NCBI RefSeq assembly: GCF_009914755.1
Contig: NC_060942.1
DNA: 64,000 nt
Source of the DNA: the human T2T-CHM13v2.0 reference genome, Homo sapiens
Reading direction: 5' to 3' (one strand)
In this document: in pieces, positions 24,216 through 38,211 of the stretch
Layout of the letters: the number at the start of each line of letters is the position of its first letter
How positions within the stretch are numbered: position 1 is the stretch's first letter
Notes under the pieces: generated by a model
What the model saw: only the letters and a program-made list of their open reading frames with translations
Told to the model about the DNA's origin: nothing
Databases searched by the model: none
Position numbers and translations under genes: made by a program

Positions 24216-25799
24216 AAAAATCAGCTTTATATCATTCTTTTCAAGGGCAGGGACTATGCCTTATGTTCACGCCTCATCACAGAAATGCGACTGTATAACT
24301 AGTGCACACTCCATCCGTGCTTATGGATCAGTTAGAGCCTTCTTTCAGCTGTGTTACAATTCAAAACCATGCAGAGTGAAATCATAACCTAAACCATTAT
24401 CCACTCACAGCTTGAAAAGACTAACTGGGTACCACTTACGGCAAAATATACACCTGGGGAAAAAAATGGGAATAAGAGTATCACAAAGGAAAATTAGATA
24501 ACATGCTACTTAAGTTTTGCTTTTGGCTGGTCTTCACAGGGAGCAAATATAAAGAAGAGGAAAGGCTGTGTTTTAACATATTTAAATTATGAAAAAGTGC
24601 AACTTGGAGGAATCTCAGTCTTTAAGATGAGAGAAATATCAACTGTGGGGTGGGAAAACCCTGACAGCTTACCTGTACCTCTTTGACATAAAGATTGAGT
24701 ATTCTATTACATAAGTAGAGTATTAAAAACACAACATTAAAAATCCAGTGGTCATTTATGCTTCAATCTTCAGAGCAAAACTTATCAGAAGGATAAGCTG
24801 TAAAACGGCTAAATGTTTTCTTTATTATATTGGCACTTTATAAATTCAGAAAGTAGAACTTACCTCACATCATTTATTTTCCTTAGTTCTAAGAAGAAAA
24901 ATGTCAAATATTTATATCCTTGTTACTCTCTATAATTTTCATTTGATATTCAATAAGAAGAGTAATATGTGAAGATGGAAAATAATTTCTTTACCTATCT
25001 GACATAGTTTACTTTTATTACCCAAGTTCTTTATTGGAAATTTAATAATCTGCTTATAGCTTACCTTTTAATCTATGAACTTTGCATTTTGTTAATTCCC
25101 ACATTGGCTATACAATATAGGGAGAGAGATTTTCAAAAAATGAGTTTGTAGTAACAATAACTAAGCTAACATACGGTGAATTGTTCTATTTTCCGGCATT
25201 TTTATAGAAAAAAATGATACTTGCTAAATTATAGTAATGATGATGATTATTTCCAACATATTTAATAAAGTGCTTTAGATTTGAGTATTTCTATTAAATT
25301 ATCCAGATGGTGATAGCACATAATTTCACCCAGAAATGTACATTAATTATTAACAATAAATGTAGGGCAAAACAACAGACTTCAGTAATATTACTGCACA
25401 TCTGCAAAGGAGATTGTTGGCGATTTGGAAATGCTAATTCTGTGATTAATCTTCCATTTGGCTACTGAGCAACATAAGTCATGCAAAAAAGAGTGCTAAG
25501 ATGAATAGAGCATGCAGACTTCAAATCAGACTCTGATCTCAGACACCAGAAGGACACTTTGGCAGTAGAAACTTCTCACCAAAAAATATGTGTATCTTTG
25601 TCATAAAACAATTTAGAGAAAGTTATGTTCTTTTGTCTTTATTTGAGGCATCTGGTCCTGGTAAAATAAAGGATACCTTTTTCCTCCTTTTCAAAGATCT
25701 CAAAACCACCATCCTACCACCTCTCTCTTTACAGAATTACTACTGTCATATAGCCTGAAATCTCTTTTCCATAACACAAAGAAAATTATCCTCTACTGT

Positions 25800-26200
25800 T
25801 ACAAAACCACGGCACTTTTACATCTGGAATACAGCATGCAATTCTGGGCACTCGTCCTCAAGGGAGACATAACATGATGGGAAAGTTCCAGATAATCGAG
25901 GGGACTGATTAAGGAGCTTCTGTGTGAGGATAGTCTAAGAGAAGAGGACTGAAGTCCATAAACCAAAACAGAAGGGAAATACAAGCAAAGTCTTTAACAA
26001 TAAAAATGATAATAGGTGAAATCTGTGTTGGATGAACAAATCTCAGATATTAAGGATACAAAGAATCAAAATAGAGTTCATATTGTTAGTCTTTTGAAAT
26101 GGACATAGCATGATCTATAGCTTAAAAAAGTGGGTTGGGGCAAATTTAAGAAAGTCTACTTTCTAGAACTTACTAAATTTGTAACCCAAGAAATAATACA
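25800..26200 (+). mobile_element. CR1/L3 LINE relic (ORF2 C-terminal region)
   Basis: CATCTGGAATACAGCATGCAATTCTGGGCAC encodes HLEYSMQFWA, against the CR1 consensus HLEYCVQFW. Confidence 0.7.
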
Positions 26201-26404
26201 AGTTGAAAGTATAATTTTAGAAGTTTTAATCTTAATCCCCAAAGAATACATCTATAATGAGTTATGAGCTGTTTTAGGAAAATGGTTGGCTAATAATAAT
26301 AAATAATTTACTTTTATAAGGAAATAGGTGAACATGTCAGGCTCTGACAGTCAGTCATAAGGGATATTCCATAAAGTCTCTGTATTTCTTACTAAGGAGA
26401 AATC

Positions 26405-28855
26405 TTGATAATAATTACAATCAACAGAATTGACAAAACTATAACTAAGCTGACCAATTTAAAGAGATAAAAGACTCAAATTGCTAATATCAGAAATAAA
26501 AGAACAGACATTACTACCATTCAGTAAAAAGAGTTCAATGCCTATAAAAAGAATGATAAAGTAATATGAAGTACAATTTTATATCAACAGATTAAATGAC
26601 CTACATAAAATGAACAAATTCATAGAAAGAGAAAAATGTTAAAACTGACTTAAGATGAAATAGAAAATCTGAATAGACCTATAACAAGTTAAGAAATTGA
26701 ATTAGTCATCAAAAAGCTTCCCACAAAAAAAAAAAAAAAAAAAGCCCACGACCAGATGGCTTCACTGGTGAGTTTTACCAAACATTTAAAGTAGAATTAA
26801 CTGCAATCCATCACAAACTCTTGCAAAAATAGAATAGAAGGGAAAACATACTAACTCAAATTAAAGCCAGTATTATCTTGATATCTAAACCAAAGATATT
26901 GCAAAAAAAGAATACTATAGATCAATATCCAGTATAAATATAGACACAAAAATTCTCAACAAAATGTTATCAAACCAAGGCTAGCAACATATAAAAAAGC
27001 TTGTATCCTATCACCAAATAGTATTTGTCCCAAAATGCAACATTAGTTCACCATATTAAAATTAATCAATGTAATATGTTATATTAATAGAATAAAAACA
27101 AAAAAGTGATAATCTCAATAGATGCAGAAAAAGAAGTTGAAAAAAATCCAACATTCTTTCATAACTTAAAAATATAAAACTCAACAAATACAAACAGAAT
27201 AAGAATATCCTCAACTTAGTAAAGGACATCTACAAAATCCCACAGTCAACATCATACTTAATTGTGAAACACTGTGAACTTATGATTGAAGATCAGCAAC
27301 AAAATGGACATAAGAATGTCCATTTTCATCATTCTGTTCAACATTGTACTGAAGCTATTAGCTACTAGCCAGAAAAACAAGGCAAGAAAAGTAATAAAGG
27401 GAATTGAAAAGAAAGAAGTAAAGCTATCTCTATTTGCAAATGACATATTCTTATTTATACAGAAAATTGTAAAGAATCCACAACAGTAATTACTCAACTT
27501 TTATATTCAAAAACAAGTCCAACAAGGTTGCAGGATACAAGATCAATATACAAAAATCAATTGTACTTCTATACATTGGCAATGAATAACCTAAAGGATA
27601 ATTAAGAAAACAATTCAGTTTATTATAGTATCAAAAAATTAAATATTAGTAATAAATTTAACCAAAGAAGTCCAATACTTGCACACTAAAAACTACAAAA
27701 CATTGATAAAAAGCATTAAAGTCCTAAGTGAATAGAAAGACATCCATGTTCATGAATTGAAAGTCATAATAGTGTTAAGATGGCAAGCCTCCTCAAATTG
27801 ATAGAGGGATTCAATGTAATCTCCATCAAAATTACAGCTTAATTTCTTGCATAAATTGACAAACTGATTCTATAATTTACATCGGCATTCAGGGACCCTA
27901 AATAGCCAAAATAATTTTGGTAGAGAACAAAGTTGGAGGACACACATTTCCATATTTCAAAACTTTCTATGAAACCATTGTAATTCATAGAGTTTTATAC
28001 CACCATAAAGACAGGCATCTAGATCAATGAAAAATAATTTAGAGTGCAGAAATAAACCCTGACTTTATGTCAATGATTTTCAACAAGGGTGACAACACAA
28101 TTCAATGGGGGAAAGAATAGTCTTTTCAAGAAAACAAAATGAACGACAACAAAATGAAGTTGGATATATACACAATATACAAAAATTAACTCAAAATGGA
28201 TCATAAATCTAAATGCAAGAGTTAAACTATAAAACAGTGGAAGAAAATGTAGGAGTAAATTTTTTGACCTTGAATTAGGCCATGACTTCTTTGATACGAC
28301 ACCAAAAGCACGAGAAACAAATACACAACTTAGACCTCATCAAAATGAAAAACTTCTGTGTGTGCTTCAAGGGACACCATGAAGAAAGTGCAAATGTAAC
28401 ACAATGAATCACAGAAAGTATTTGCTAATCATATATCTGATAATGGTCTAATATACAGTTTCTACACAATGAATTAATATTTGGCAATCAAAAGGGATTA
28501 AGTATTGACACATGCTACATCATAAATTAACATTGAAAGCATTATACTAAGTTTTTATAAAAAGCAAAGACTAAAATTGAAATAAAGTATAGTACCATTT
28601 ATATGAAATATTCACAGTAAGCAAATCCATAGGGATAGGAGGAGGTGGATTAGTAGTCACCAGTGCTGTGGGGATGGGACAATGAGGAGTGACTGCTAAT
28701 AAATACAGGGTTTCTTTTTGGGATGATGAAAATGTTCTGTAATTACCTAGTGGTCATAGTTGTATAACACTGTGAATATACTAAAAACCACTGAACTGCA
28801 CCCTGTAAAGCGGTGAATTTTATGGTATTTGAATTATATCTCAACTTTTAAAAAT
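26405..28855 (+). mobile_element. L1MB-type LINE-1, 5'-truncated, decayed ORF2 plus 3' UTR, with an internal deletion near 28455
   Basis: ORF2 remnants (ORF 27286-27489 LFNIVLKLLA...KEVKLSLFANDI, i.e. the FADD motif) and an L1MB-type 3' end (GTGACTGCTAAT...GATGAAAATGTTCTG...GAATTATATCTCAA). Confidence 0.93.
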
Positions 28856-29594
28856 AATCACATATTACTTATGCTGTTTTCTAAGTTCACAATTTCATGA
28901 GTATGACCAGAACTAGAACTCCTTTCAGACCATTTATTACTACCACCACTTCCTCTTTAGGCAACTGGGAAAGAAGAGGCTTGTCCAAAGTCCAGCTCTC
29001 TGAAGTGGCCTGTCTCTAAAGGTGTCTGCTGCAATTGTTATAACCAATAAGAGTGACAATAATCACAACTAGTTACAACTTTTTACATTAGGGATATTGA
29101 ATAATAGAATTCCTATATCATTGATTACAAAATAGTAAATATTTTAAAGTGACACGATTTAAGACATAAACACTTTAGAATATCTTATGCCTATATTCAC
29201 TTTTCTTAACTTTTAAGTACTCTAAGCGGAATGAAATGGCCCATACTGTGTTGTTTTGTGTTGTCATAGTATGGGTCATCAAATCTATTGGCTCACATAG
29301 CAAAACAGTTTCTTTGACTTGCTTTTAGGGCTCCTGACAAGTGGCTATTAATACACAGTTCTTGAATAGAAAGGGTAATGGAAGGGAGGCAAAAGCTACG
29401 GTTATCCCAATATACCTGTTAAAACAAAACTATAGGCAGTGTTATGTTATCTGAGCCTGGTTAAGACACAGAAGTTATTTCTGTCACTTCTCACCCTTGC
29501 ATCTGGCCCCCTCTCCCTGCTGTTCAGGGTTTAGTAAGGAAGTTCTGCTTATTGCTGGAACACTTGAACTAGAGACAGAAGAGTCAAGCAATGT

Positions 29595-29885
29595 ATTACT
29601 TAAAAGATACTAAATTATGCTGCAATATTGGACAACCTTAAAATGTCAGTAGCTTAAAAAAACAGTTTATGTCTTGTACATGTTATATGTCCATCACAGG
29701 TGAGCAGAAGACTCCAATCATTGTAGTAACTCAGAGTTATAGGCTGATAAAGATACCATCTCAACCCATGATTTCATGATCACAGGAACAAGGTTTGTTT
29801 TTAAAAAAGTCATCAAGCTTCCATTGACTCCTAGAATTTGTTCTGAGGTCAGTTCTGCTCACATTCTACTGGTCAAATCAACTTT
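29595..29885 (-). mobile_element. MLT1 (MaLR) LTR fragment
   Basis: TTATGCTGCAAT...AATGTCAGTAGCTTAAA and TTCTGCTCACATTCTACTGGTCA. Confidence 0.65.
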
Positions 29886-29892
29886 TGTGGGC

Positions 29893-30225
29893 AAAAAGAA
29901 TGAAATAATGTTCTTTGCAGCAACATGGATGCAGCTGGAGACCATTATACTAAGCAAATTAACACAGAAACAGAAAAACCAAATACTGCATTTTCTCACT
30001 TATAAGTGGAAGCTGAACATTCGGTATGCACAGAAACAAAGATGAAAAACAATAAACAGGAATTCCAAAATATGGGAGGAGGGGGACAAAGGTTTTAAAA
30101 CTACCTGTCAAGTACTATATTCACTACTTGGGTGACAGGATCATTAGAAGCCAAACCTCAGCATCACACAATATATCCATGTAACAAGCCTGCACATGTA
30201 CCCCTTAATCTCAAATAAGATAATT
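29893..30225 (+). mobile_element. LINE-1 3' end (about L1PA15-17 type)
   Basis: Encodes KKNEIMFFAATWMQLETIILSKLTQKQK, the ORF2 C-terminus. 3' UTR GGGTGACAGGATCATTAGAAGCC...CCTGCACATGTACCCC. Confidence 0.92.
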
Positions 30226-31254
30226 TTTTAAAAGAATATCAAAGATATTTTTCTACTTTTGAGTGAAGTAAGCAGATTATAGGCCAGTATATATGGTATG
30301 ATCACATTAATGCAGAGAAAACAAGAATACTATGTTGTAGTATAAGCTTAGAAGAAAAAAAGGACTAAAACAAACAATATGTTTTTAAAAAGTTATGCAG
30401 GCAAGCTCAATGTCAAGAAGAGGAACAGATATTAATGAAGAATAACACCGGCTACCATGCCACTAAGAAGCCTACACAATATTTTTTCTTAAGTCCCGCT
30501 CTGTCCAGTGGCCTAGACAGTTCTAGCACTAACTTCCTTCCTCAAGGTCAGAAAGTTAGTTGGTGATGATGCAAATGGGGATTGAGGTGACCATTTAATA
30601 AATGCTAAGCAAAAGTAAGAAACTACTGCCTTTTTAGTCATTTATTCAAAAATATTTATGTATGCATACTGTACTTCACATACTCCCCAAGTATCTTTAG
30701 CTGCACTAAAGATATTAGATAGTCAAAAATACCAAATATGGCGTAGTAATGGTTGATTTTTTAAAAAATTCTCTAGTCAAGATAATCATGAGTTTTCTAC
30801 ATTGCTAGTCTTCCGGAGTTGAAGATAGAGGACTGCCTTCCTTAATCTCTAGAAAACCCCCATGATGTGTTATAATGCACATTGTCTTTGGACAAGAAAC
30901 ATCAGGAACAATGCAGGAAAAAGAGTAAGATAAGGACAAGGTGAAATTAATTAATATAAATGTTGGTCTCTCTGAGGATAGTCAGCAGTTCAGTGAGTTG
31001 TGTTCTAAAAAGGAAGTAGATTTTGTACTGGTTTGGCTGGAGAGCCTTCTATTTTTCCACCTATCCAGCCAACTAACTAGTCATTCAAAATCTCACTATG
31101 ATGTAGGCACTAAACTAGAAAAGGGACATTCAGTAGCTAAAAAGATAAGAAAGATATAAAAGTAGACATTATAGAAGGAATCTAGGTAATTATTAAGCTA
31201 GGCATATGCAGATCTAAATAATAAATGCTTTACTGCATGACCATGTCAATAATT

Positions 31255-31460
31255 GGGTGCCAAAAACTGCCAAGCACTGTGCTTGCTGCCTTTTATACAT
31301 TAACCCATTTAACCCTTACAGAATGTGAGATGGACATTATATTTTACAAATAATGAACATTATTACGTAAGTTAAGTAACTTGAGATAGTGATTCAACTT
31401 GTAAGAGACAGAATGTGGATTCTGACTCCAAAGACCATTATCTTTCTATCATTCCATGCT
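31255..31460 (-). mobile_element. MIR
   Basis: CCAAGCACTGTGCT...CATTTAACCCTTACA...ATTTTACAAAT...GTTAAGTAACTTG. Confidence 0.75.
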
Positions 31461-32157
31461 AGGCACAAAATTCCCCCATGCAGCAGGGCAGGCAACCCTA
31501 GCCAAGCTGGAGTTCAATACAGAGCTATAATATTAGAAGGAAGAAAGAATGCTATGTAGTAAAAATGAGTCCATCATCCTATAGATTACCTAGCATAGAA
31601 GCACACCAGAAATCAGGTGCCACCAACTGGTCAGCCACCTAAAGGCACTGACACAGGCCTCTGCTTGTCCAATATCATCTCAGGAACTAGGTAGAGGTGA
31701 TCTTGATGAAATAGGGGCACCATTAACTCCAGCTGAGAAATGTAGACTTGATGGTATTACAATTCCAGCTGAGAAACAGAGCTTGAGATATAATATTTTC
31801 GGGGTCCATATAGCATATTTTTATATTCTTACGAGAAGCTGAATTTTTTTAACTGAAATGTCTTCCAATATTAAAGGGGACATCTACCTTTCTGTCCCCA
31901 ACATAGAAACAATGCCTCTTCAAGCTAAGAGCCAATGAGTAAATTCAAGCCTATTTTATCTCATTTCCTGGGTACAATAAACATTATTTAATTTGAAAAC
32001 TTCTAATGAGGACAGCACACATCAGTGATACAGACAAACCATTGGATTGAGAACAGAAGTATCAACATAGGCACAATCGCCTAATTTTCCCATCTTTGGC
32101 GTACATTAGTTGGTTAATGGACTCAAGCCAGGATATCTACACAGACAAAACAAAGTG

Positions 32158-32175
32158 GATAATTGCGCAATTATC
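32158..32175. promoter_or_regulatory. Perfect 18-bp palindrome containing the consensus C/EBP site ATTGCGCAAT
   Basis: GATAATTGCGCAATTATC equals its own reverse complement. Confidence 0.6.
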
Positions 32176-32769
32176 TGATGAATTGAAACACCAAAGGAAG
32201 TGACTTTAGATAACTAAGATTTTGTTCTAAACTGCTGGAGCATCTTTCTTTGGGGAAAAGTTATGGAGACAGGAGTAGAAGTAGTTTGTGGATTTGCCTT
32301 TCTCCACTGCATTTTAGAGCTGTGTAGGGAGACTTAGCAGAGCTAGGAGAGGGACCCAGTCTTTGGGCTGTTGGCTGTAAGCTGCATGCTAGGAATGCCC
32401 CTCTGCTGCTATCATTAGAGGCTGGTATATAAATAGAAATAAAACATGACCAAATCTTAGCCCTAGCACTTTCCTGTGAGCTTAGTGCTCATGATTTGAG
32501 AGAAAACCAGACCCTACCCTTTTGCAATCTGGGGTCCAAGCTTTGTGGTTGCACTGATGCAATGTGCTAAGATAGTGACAGGATTCATCACACAAGAATC
32601 CTTTGTTGCAGAAACACAGCCCCTGTCATGGTAAGATGGATGGAGGTAGGGAGAGCAGTTGTTGGGACCTCAGCCTTGTTATATGACACTGGTCCATAAC
32701 CGGTTTCCATGAGGCTTTGAAGGCAGCCAACTGCTTTGTAAGGGATCAGGCTTGGGAAGGTTAGCATTT

Positions 32770-32920
32770 ATCTACAAGTATTATTATCCATGTTTGATAG
32801 ATGAGAAAACTGGGACATAGAGAGAATGAGTAGCTAGCTCAAAGACATACATTTAAAAAACAGGTAGTTCCAGGGCCAAATCTGAAGTCTGTTTGACACC
32901 AAAATTGCTATATTCTAATG
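32770..32920 (-). mobile_element. MIR fragment
   Basis: ATAGATGAGAAAACTGGGACATAGAGAG. Confidence 0.7.
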
Positions 32921-35900
32921 ACTTCATATATCCTTAAAAATCTTATTTCCACAGAAATGAAAAGGAACTGTGTCTTTTAATTTATTATGTCTCTAAGGAA
33001 TGTTTTCATGGGATAAGACAATAAGCTTAGTACACTAAAATAGGCATCCCTCTAATCCCATCATAGAGTATCGGGCCATGACTGGCCCATTGAACCAGAA
33101 TGATTCAAAATATTAAAAAGTGTAGCAGAGACTGTCCCTCAGAACTCAGGATAAGAATTAAGAATTGAAACCAGATAGAGATTATGGAATATGCTAACAT
33201 CCTTATAGAAGACAATTACTTGAATTATTTAAATAAACACAATCATATGTACATACCAGTTAAATATTCAAAAGAAATGAAAATATATATCTAATCATAT
33301 TTTCATGGGTCAAAACAGATTGAACATTGATAATTCTATGTAATGAAACTGTATGCTTAAAGGGAAAATTTAAGTATCTCATTCTCAAGGCAGTTTACAG
33401 GCAAGTTGAGCTCTATGGATATAGCCTTCACCAACACAGCCAAGATTTCTCAAAGTTTGCCTACCCCTCCAAAACCATCAACCAAAGCCTAAAAAAAAAG
33501 ATAACACATGACGTTGTATTTATGCAACCATTTAATAAAGATTTTTTATATCTTCAATAACTAATAAGTAAGAAATCATATAACAAAAGTAGTGGAGGTA
33601 GTAGTTAGAGCTCAATATTAATTCTAAGAAAAAAGTTTTCTACCTTCTATGACTTCCTAGGGAGTAAAAGTAGCTCAAAATGGCACAAGTATATGTCTAG
33701 CACCAAGTATAATAAATATCAAAGTGCAAAATACTTTATTCAAAATTGAGAAATGAAGGGTTTTGAGTGATTATAATAACATAGGTCTTTTCATATAAAG
33801 GGGGGATGTTATAGAACTTCTACATTAAAATCTGCTTTCTAATAGCTCAGTAGTTCTCTCTTTGGTAAAATATGGACAATGAATTCAGCAAAAATTAAAA
33901 CATCCCTACTTGAAAAAGCAAGAAATGAATCACACGTAAATTTCAAGAATGAGAGGAAATTATGTGTCATATGTAATATCAAGTGGCAGTACCAGGACAC
34001 TAGACTGGGCAAGAATTACTATGAAAAATTGCCTGGTTTAAATAGCAATTAAGGATTTAATGAGGGAAAGTAATCAGGAATATGGGTGATCTAGCCAGTA
34101 AAGGAGCATTAAGTGGGTAATACAGTACTCAAAATATGCCCTGTGAATATTCATGAGTTGATCTTATTGTGACTTATCTATGTGGTGACATTTTCCAGTA
34201 GGAAAACATTTGACTATAAGAAAATAGCTCCTGAGCTTCTGAACATTATAAAATTCATATTGTAAAGGAAGCAAAATTCAGTGCTATGAGTAAAGCTATG
34301 AGTAAATGATGGACAGTTAGATAAAATGTTGGAGAATAAGGACTCTGCAATCTAAAATGGCGATTTACCAATTCAGGAAAATCCATGCAGATTTTATGTT
34401 CTTTCCTATATATAGAAAACACCTGAAAAGTGATTGGTTTAAAAAGATAGAAATATCTTTCTGGCTTACCTCTCAGCGTTTTTGCATATGCTTATTCACT
34501 TGAGATAATTGCTTTCATTAAAGTTTTTTTAAAAGCTACAAAGTAGTTTCAGATAAGAAAAAAACTTTATGTCCAAAATAAGTAAAGTCAGCTCTTTGTT
34601 CTTGTGAAGCTACCTGGAAGGAAACAAACAAATGACAATAACAGCAACAGGAGCAGCAACAAAAATCCATTCAGGGAATAAAGGATCAACTTAGTTAAAT
34701 AATAATTTCAGAACCCCCAGTGGATATGGAAATCAGAAGAACTAAAATATGTGTGTGCAAGTGAAATGTTAGCTGCACTTAACTCATGCAAAAGAACCTG
34801 CTGAGAAAATGCATTGAGTTTGACCTGAATTAGCCAGACGGGCTGCCTAAGGCTGTGTCTGCACATCACCAAATAGTAAGAGAAGATTAAATAAATACAT
34901 ATGTATTTTGTTGCCCTAGAACTTTCTCATGAACAGACTGTCAACACCATTTTCTTTTTATATTTTGGCCCACAACATAACCATCAGTCAAACTGAATGG
35001 ATTTCCCAGACACAGTTGTTTGTCTTTAGGTGGTAGCTGAGCACGGTTGTTTCAGGATCTGCAGGAGGGTCATGCCCCTCCTTTGGTCTGTTCACAAACC
35101 CAATACCTGTTTCTGAAGCTCCACCTTACAGAGATGATAATGGCCACTTTCAGTTGACTTTCCTTTCCCTTTTTGGCATCATAATCATGAATACATTCAG
35201 CATGCAAGATTTAAACAAAGAAACACTCCTCCGGCTTAATAAAAAGAAAAATATTGATTCTATCCTAAGAAATTTTGTTCCTTTCAGCCACCAAAGTCCA
35301 AATTTTACCCATACAGATTAACTGAACTTTGGGTTCACCCCAAGTTCTGTGAAGTTCCGTGAGAAAAAGAAAGAGCACATTTTCCACCTCTGCTCTTTTT
35401 ATCCATAAGTTTGAGATATGCAGATCTCTAAAGTTAATGTGAAGATGAATTTAACTTAAATGTATTGAAACTTAACAAGAACTCCAAACATTCTTCATTT
35501 CCATCAAAAGAGAAATTCTTGGTCAGCTTGCTTCCTGGGGGGAAAAAAAAGTACGTGATCACTAGGGAGATGGATACTTATAATTAATACACCCTGTGAA
35601 TGTCAGCTTCAGCATAACTTTTCCCTCCACACTTGTCATGGTGTCGCATTCATCCTTGAGGGATCCATCAATTTACACGGAAGCATCAGGAGGCCAGAAG
35701 GAAAGTTTGTCTTCATTTCTACCTTCCTTCCAAGGTTAACTACCTTTGGATCACATTCAGACTAAAATAAGAAACTCAGATTTTTTTCCTAGGGTTTTAG
35801 TTCTTTAATGTAAAAAAGAAAAGAAAGAAAAATTAAGCCTAAAATAAGTGTGATGCATATTCATAAAGGTCAAAGCATTACTCAAGCTATTGCAGTGTTG

Positions 35901-38116
35901 GTGACCTTGAGCTACATCAACTTGCTGACCTTGATCTGTAAAGGATTTAAGGAAATGTACACCAAAGATAGTGAATGCTTGCAAATATAATGATATATCT
36001 ATACACCTCTACTTATAAAAAAAAAGTCTGTATAGACATACAATTATAAAGGTATTGAACACAGCAAAACAAGGACAGGGGCTATGTCACTATACTGAAG
36101 ATCATAGTCTAAGGAGTGAGTCTAAGAATGAATCTGCTAGTCAAAAAATCTGAAAGGCAAATAGAAGCTGAGGAAAAGTTGATCTTTTCTTGCTACCTAC
36201 TGCCTTTTTATTTTTGTCCCCAAGCCTTATATCAGCTCTTTTCTTACTCTTGATTTGTATACAGCATTAAAAATCATGTATACTATTTTTTAAAATATTG
36301 CTTTTCTCGGCCTCAGTTTAGCCTGGGATTTACGTATTTTGGTATTTTTTAAAATAATTTTATGGTTTTCTGTTGTATTTGTTCTTAGTCATTTTTTTTT
36401 CTATCTATTTACTTTTGGGCTTCATCTGATTTTAAAACCAGCAAAGTTACATTTTTTCTAAAAGAATCTTCATGCTCAGAATGTATAATCTTAATTTTAT
36501 TTTTCAGGCTTTTCCATCTCCTCTTTACCCACACAAATTCCTCAATGATGTTTGGTCAGTATCAAGATACACTTTTAGTTCCTTCTCTGCTTTATTATTT
36601 TTCCATCTTTTTTCTCTAATTGTGCTTTCTCCTTTTCTTGATATTCCAACACCAGCAACAATGACTACAGCTGCTCATCCTGGATCTATCTTCGTCCTTG
36701 ATGTGCCCTCTACCTTGGCAATATTGTCTAATTCCGTTTCTGCCTAGATGCCCCACCAGCAACTTAAAATTCTTATGTCCAAAACTTAGTTTACCAACCC
36801 TCTACCCAAATTATCTCCCCTTGTAGATGATCAAATTTATTTTCTAACTGGCATAAATAGATCCAAAAAAATCAGGTTACAAATATGTTCAAATAGAGAG
36901 GATCCTAAAGACTTCCAACATGCTTGCATAGAAAGAAATTCAGTATTTCAGTTTTAAGGTTCCCTTTTCCTACTGAATAGTTTAAAAATGCCCAAGGGTA
37001 TTGAATGTCCAAAAAGTGGATCATTCCAACTTGCACTCCCATTGGAATCTAATAAAACCTAATGCTGACATTGTTTCTTTTGTTTATTTTGTTTGTACAG
37101 GAATCTAAAGCTAGGTATCTCCAAGCAAGTGCTTGTTGTAGCTTCAATAAGTAAGACAGAGAGATCTGGCATTGTGGAATCTCTAAGGGAGAAAGAACTC
37201 ACCTTCAAGTCTTTCTTTTGCCCTTTGACAACCCAGAAATTCAGATATATTATCAGTTAAGCAAGAGAAATGTATGTGTGGTCTACTATGCCCTCTGAGT
37301 GATTCTGATGTACTTTTACTTTCACTTTGCCCCACCACATTTGGTACTTCCAGTTTTATATTGTCTTTCTTTTCTCTTTACTAGGAATTCCAGGATGCCA
37401 TGATCCCTTTGTCCCAAGGTTTTTGTTACTCTTCTTAAAATCAAAAATAGCCTAGAATATCAGCTTCCTTTAACATCTCATAAAAATTAAATGGTTAGTA
37501 TGTTAAGTATGTAGTTTCTACTTTTAGCAAAATAAGTTACTCTACATACATGTGCATCCATGATATAGACATTCTGTGTTCTGTATTTGAAAATCATTTC
37601 CTACTTAATTTATCTGCATGAGTTTTGCAGAATACTCCTCCTACACCACTGATTCTTTGTTTTATTCCTCTTATTTTAGTTCAAATGCTCCCCATCATTT
37701 CTACCACTGCATTTGTATTGATTTTTGCAGTTATAGACATTTTGAAGCTATAAAACTTTTTCTGTTCTCTAAACATTAAACTATCTTAAGAACACATTAT
37801 GTCCTTTCATTCATAAATCTGGCCCTGCTAAGTCTCAACAGAGGTTTTGGCAATTGTATTTTGTGTATGCATGTTTAAATATAATCCTGGTTCTCTTCCC
37901 TGCCCCACAAGTGATTTATTTACTTTGAATTCTCTACATTGTTTCAGATTAATCTTATCTCTGGTTTCCCTCATCAGTAACTTTTTAAAATTTAGCTTAA
38001 TGATGCTTCATTCTCTCAACCATACTGGAATGCAGATAGTCTCCAAGTCCTTTTAATATTTCCTCTAGCAGAGGGTACAATTTCACTTGCAGCAGATTAA
38101 AGTAGTATAAAACTTG

Positions 38117-38211
38117 GGGTAAAACAGACATCTTAAATATATGCTTTGCACATTCCTACAAGAGTCCTCTAGTTTCCAGTATTTATTGGAGTGTCAGATG
38201 AATTATGTATC
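38117..38211 (+). repeat. Copy 1 of a ~95-bp local direct repeat
   Basis: About 88% identical to 39499-39594, including an identical 32-bp core TTTCCAGTATTTATTGGAGTGTCAGATGAATT. Confidence 0.95.

Noticed and set aside
27286-27489. RT-like ORF (also 29776-30045 and 60991-61293)
   Set aside because: Short fragments of decayed L1 ORF2 with surrounding stops and frameshifts, not an active element or novel RT system.
34283-34306. Short tandem duplications GCTATGAGTAAA x2 (and AATTTTGTA x3 near 38972-39006)
   Set aside because: Ordinary slippage-scale events.
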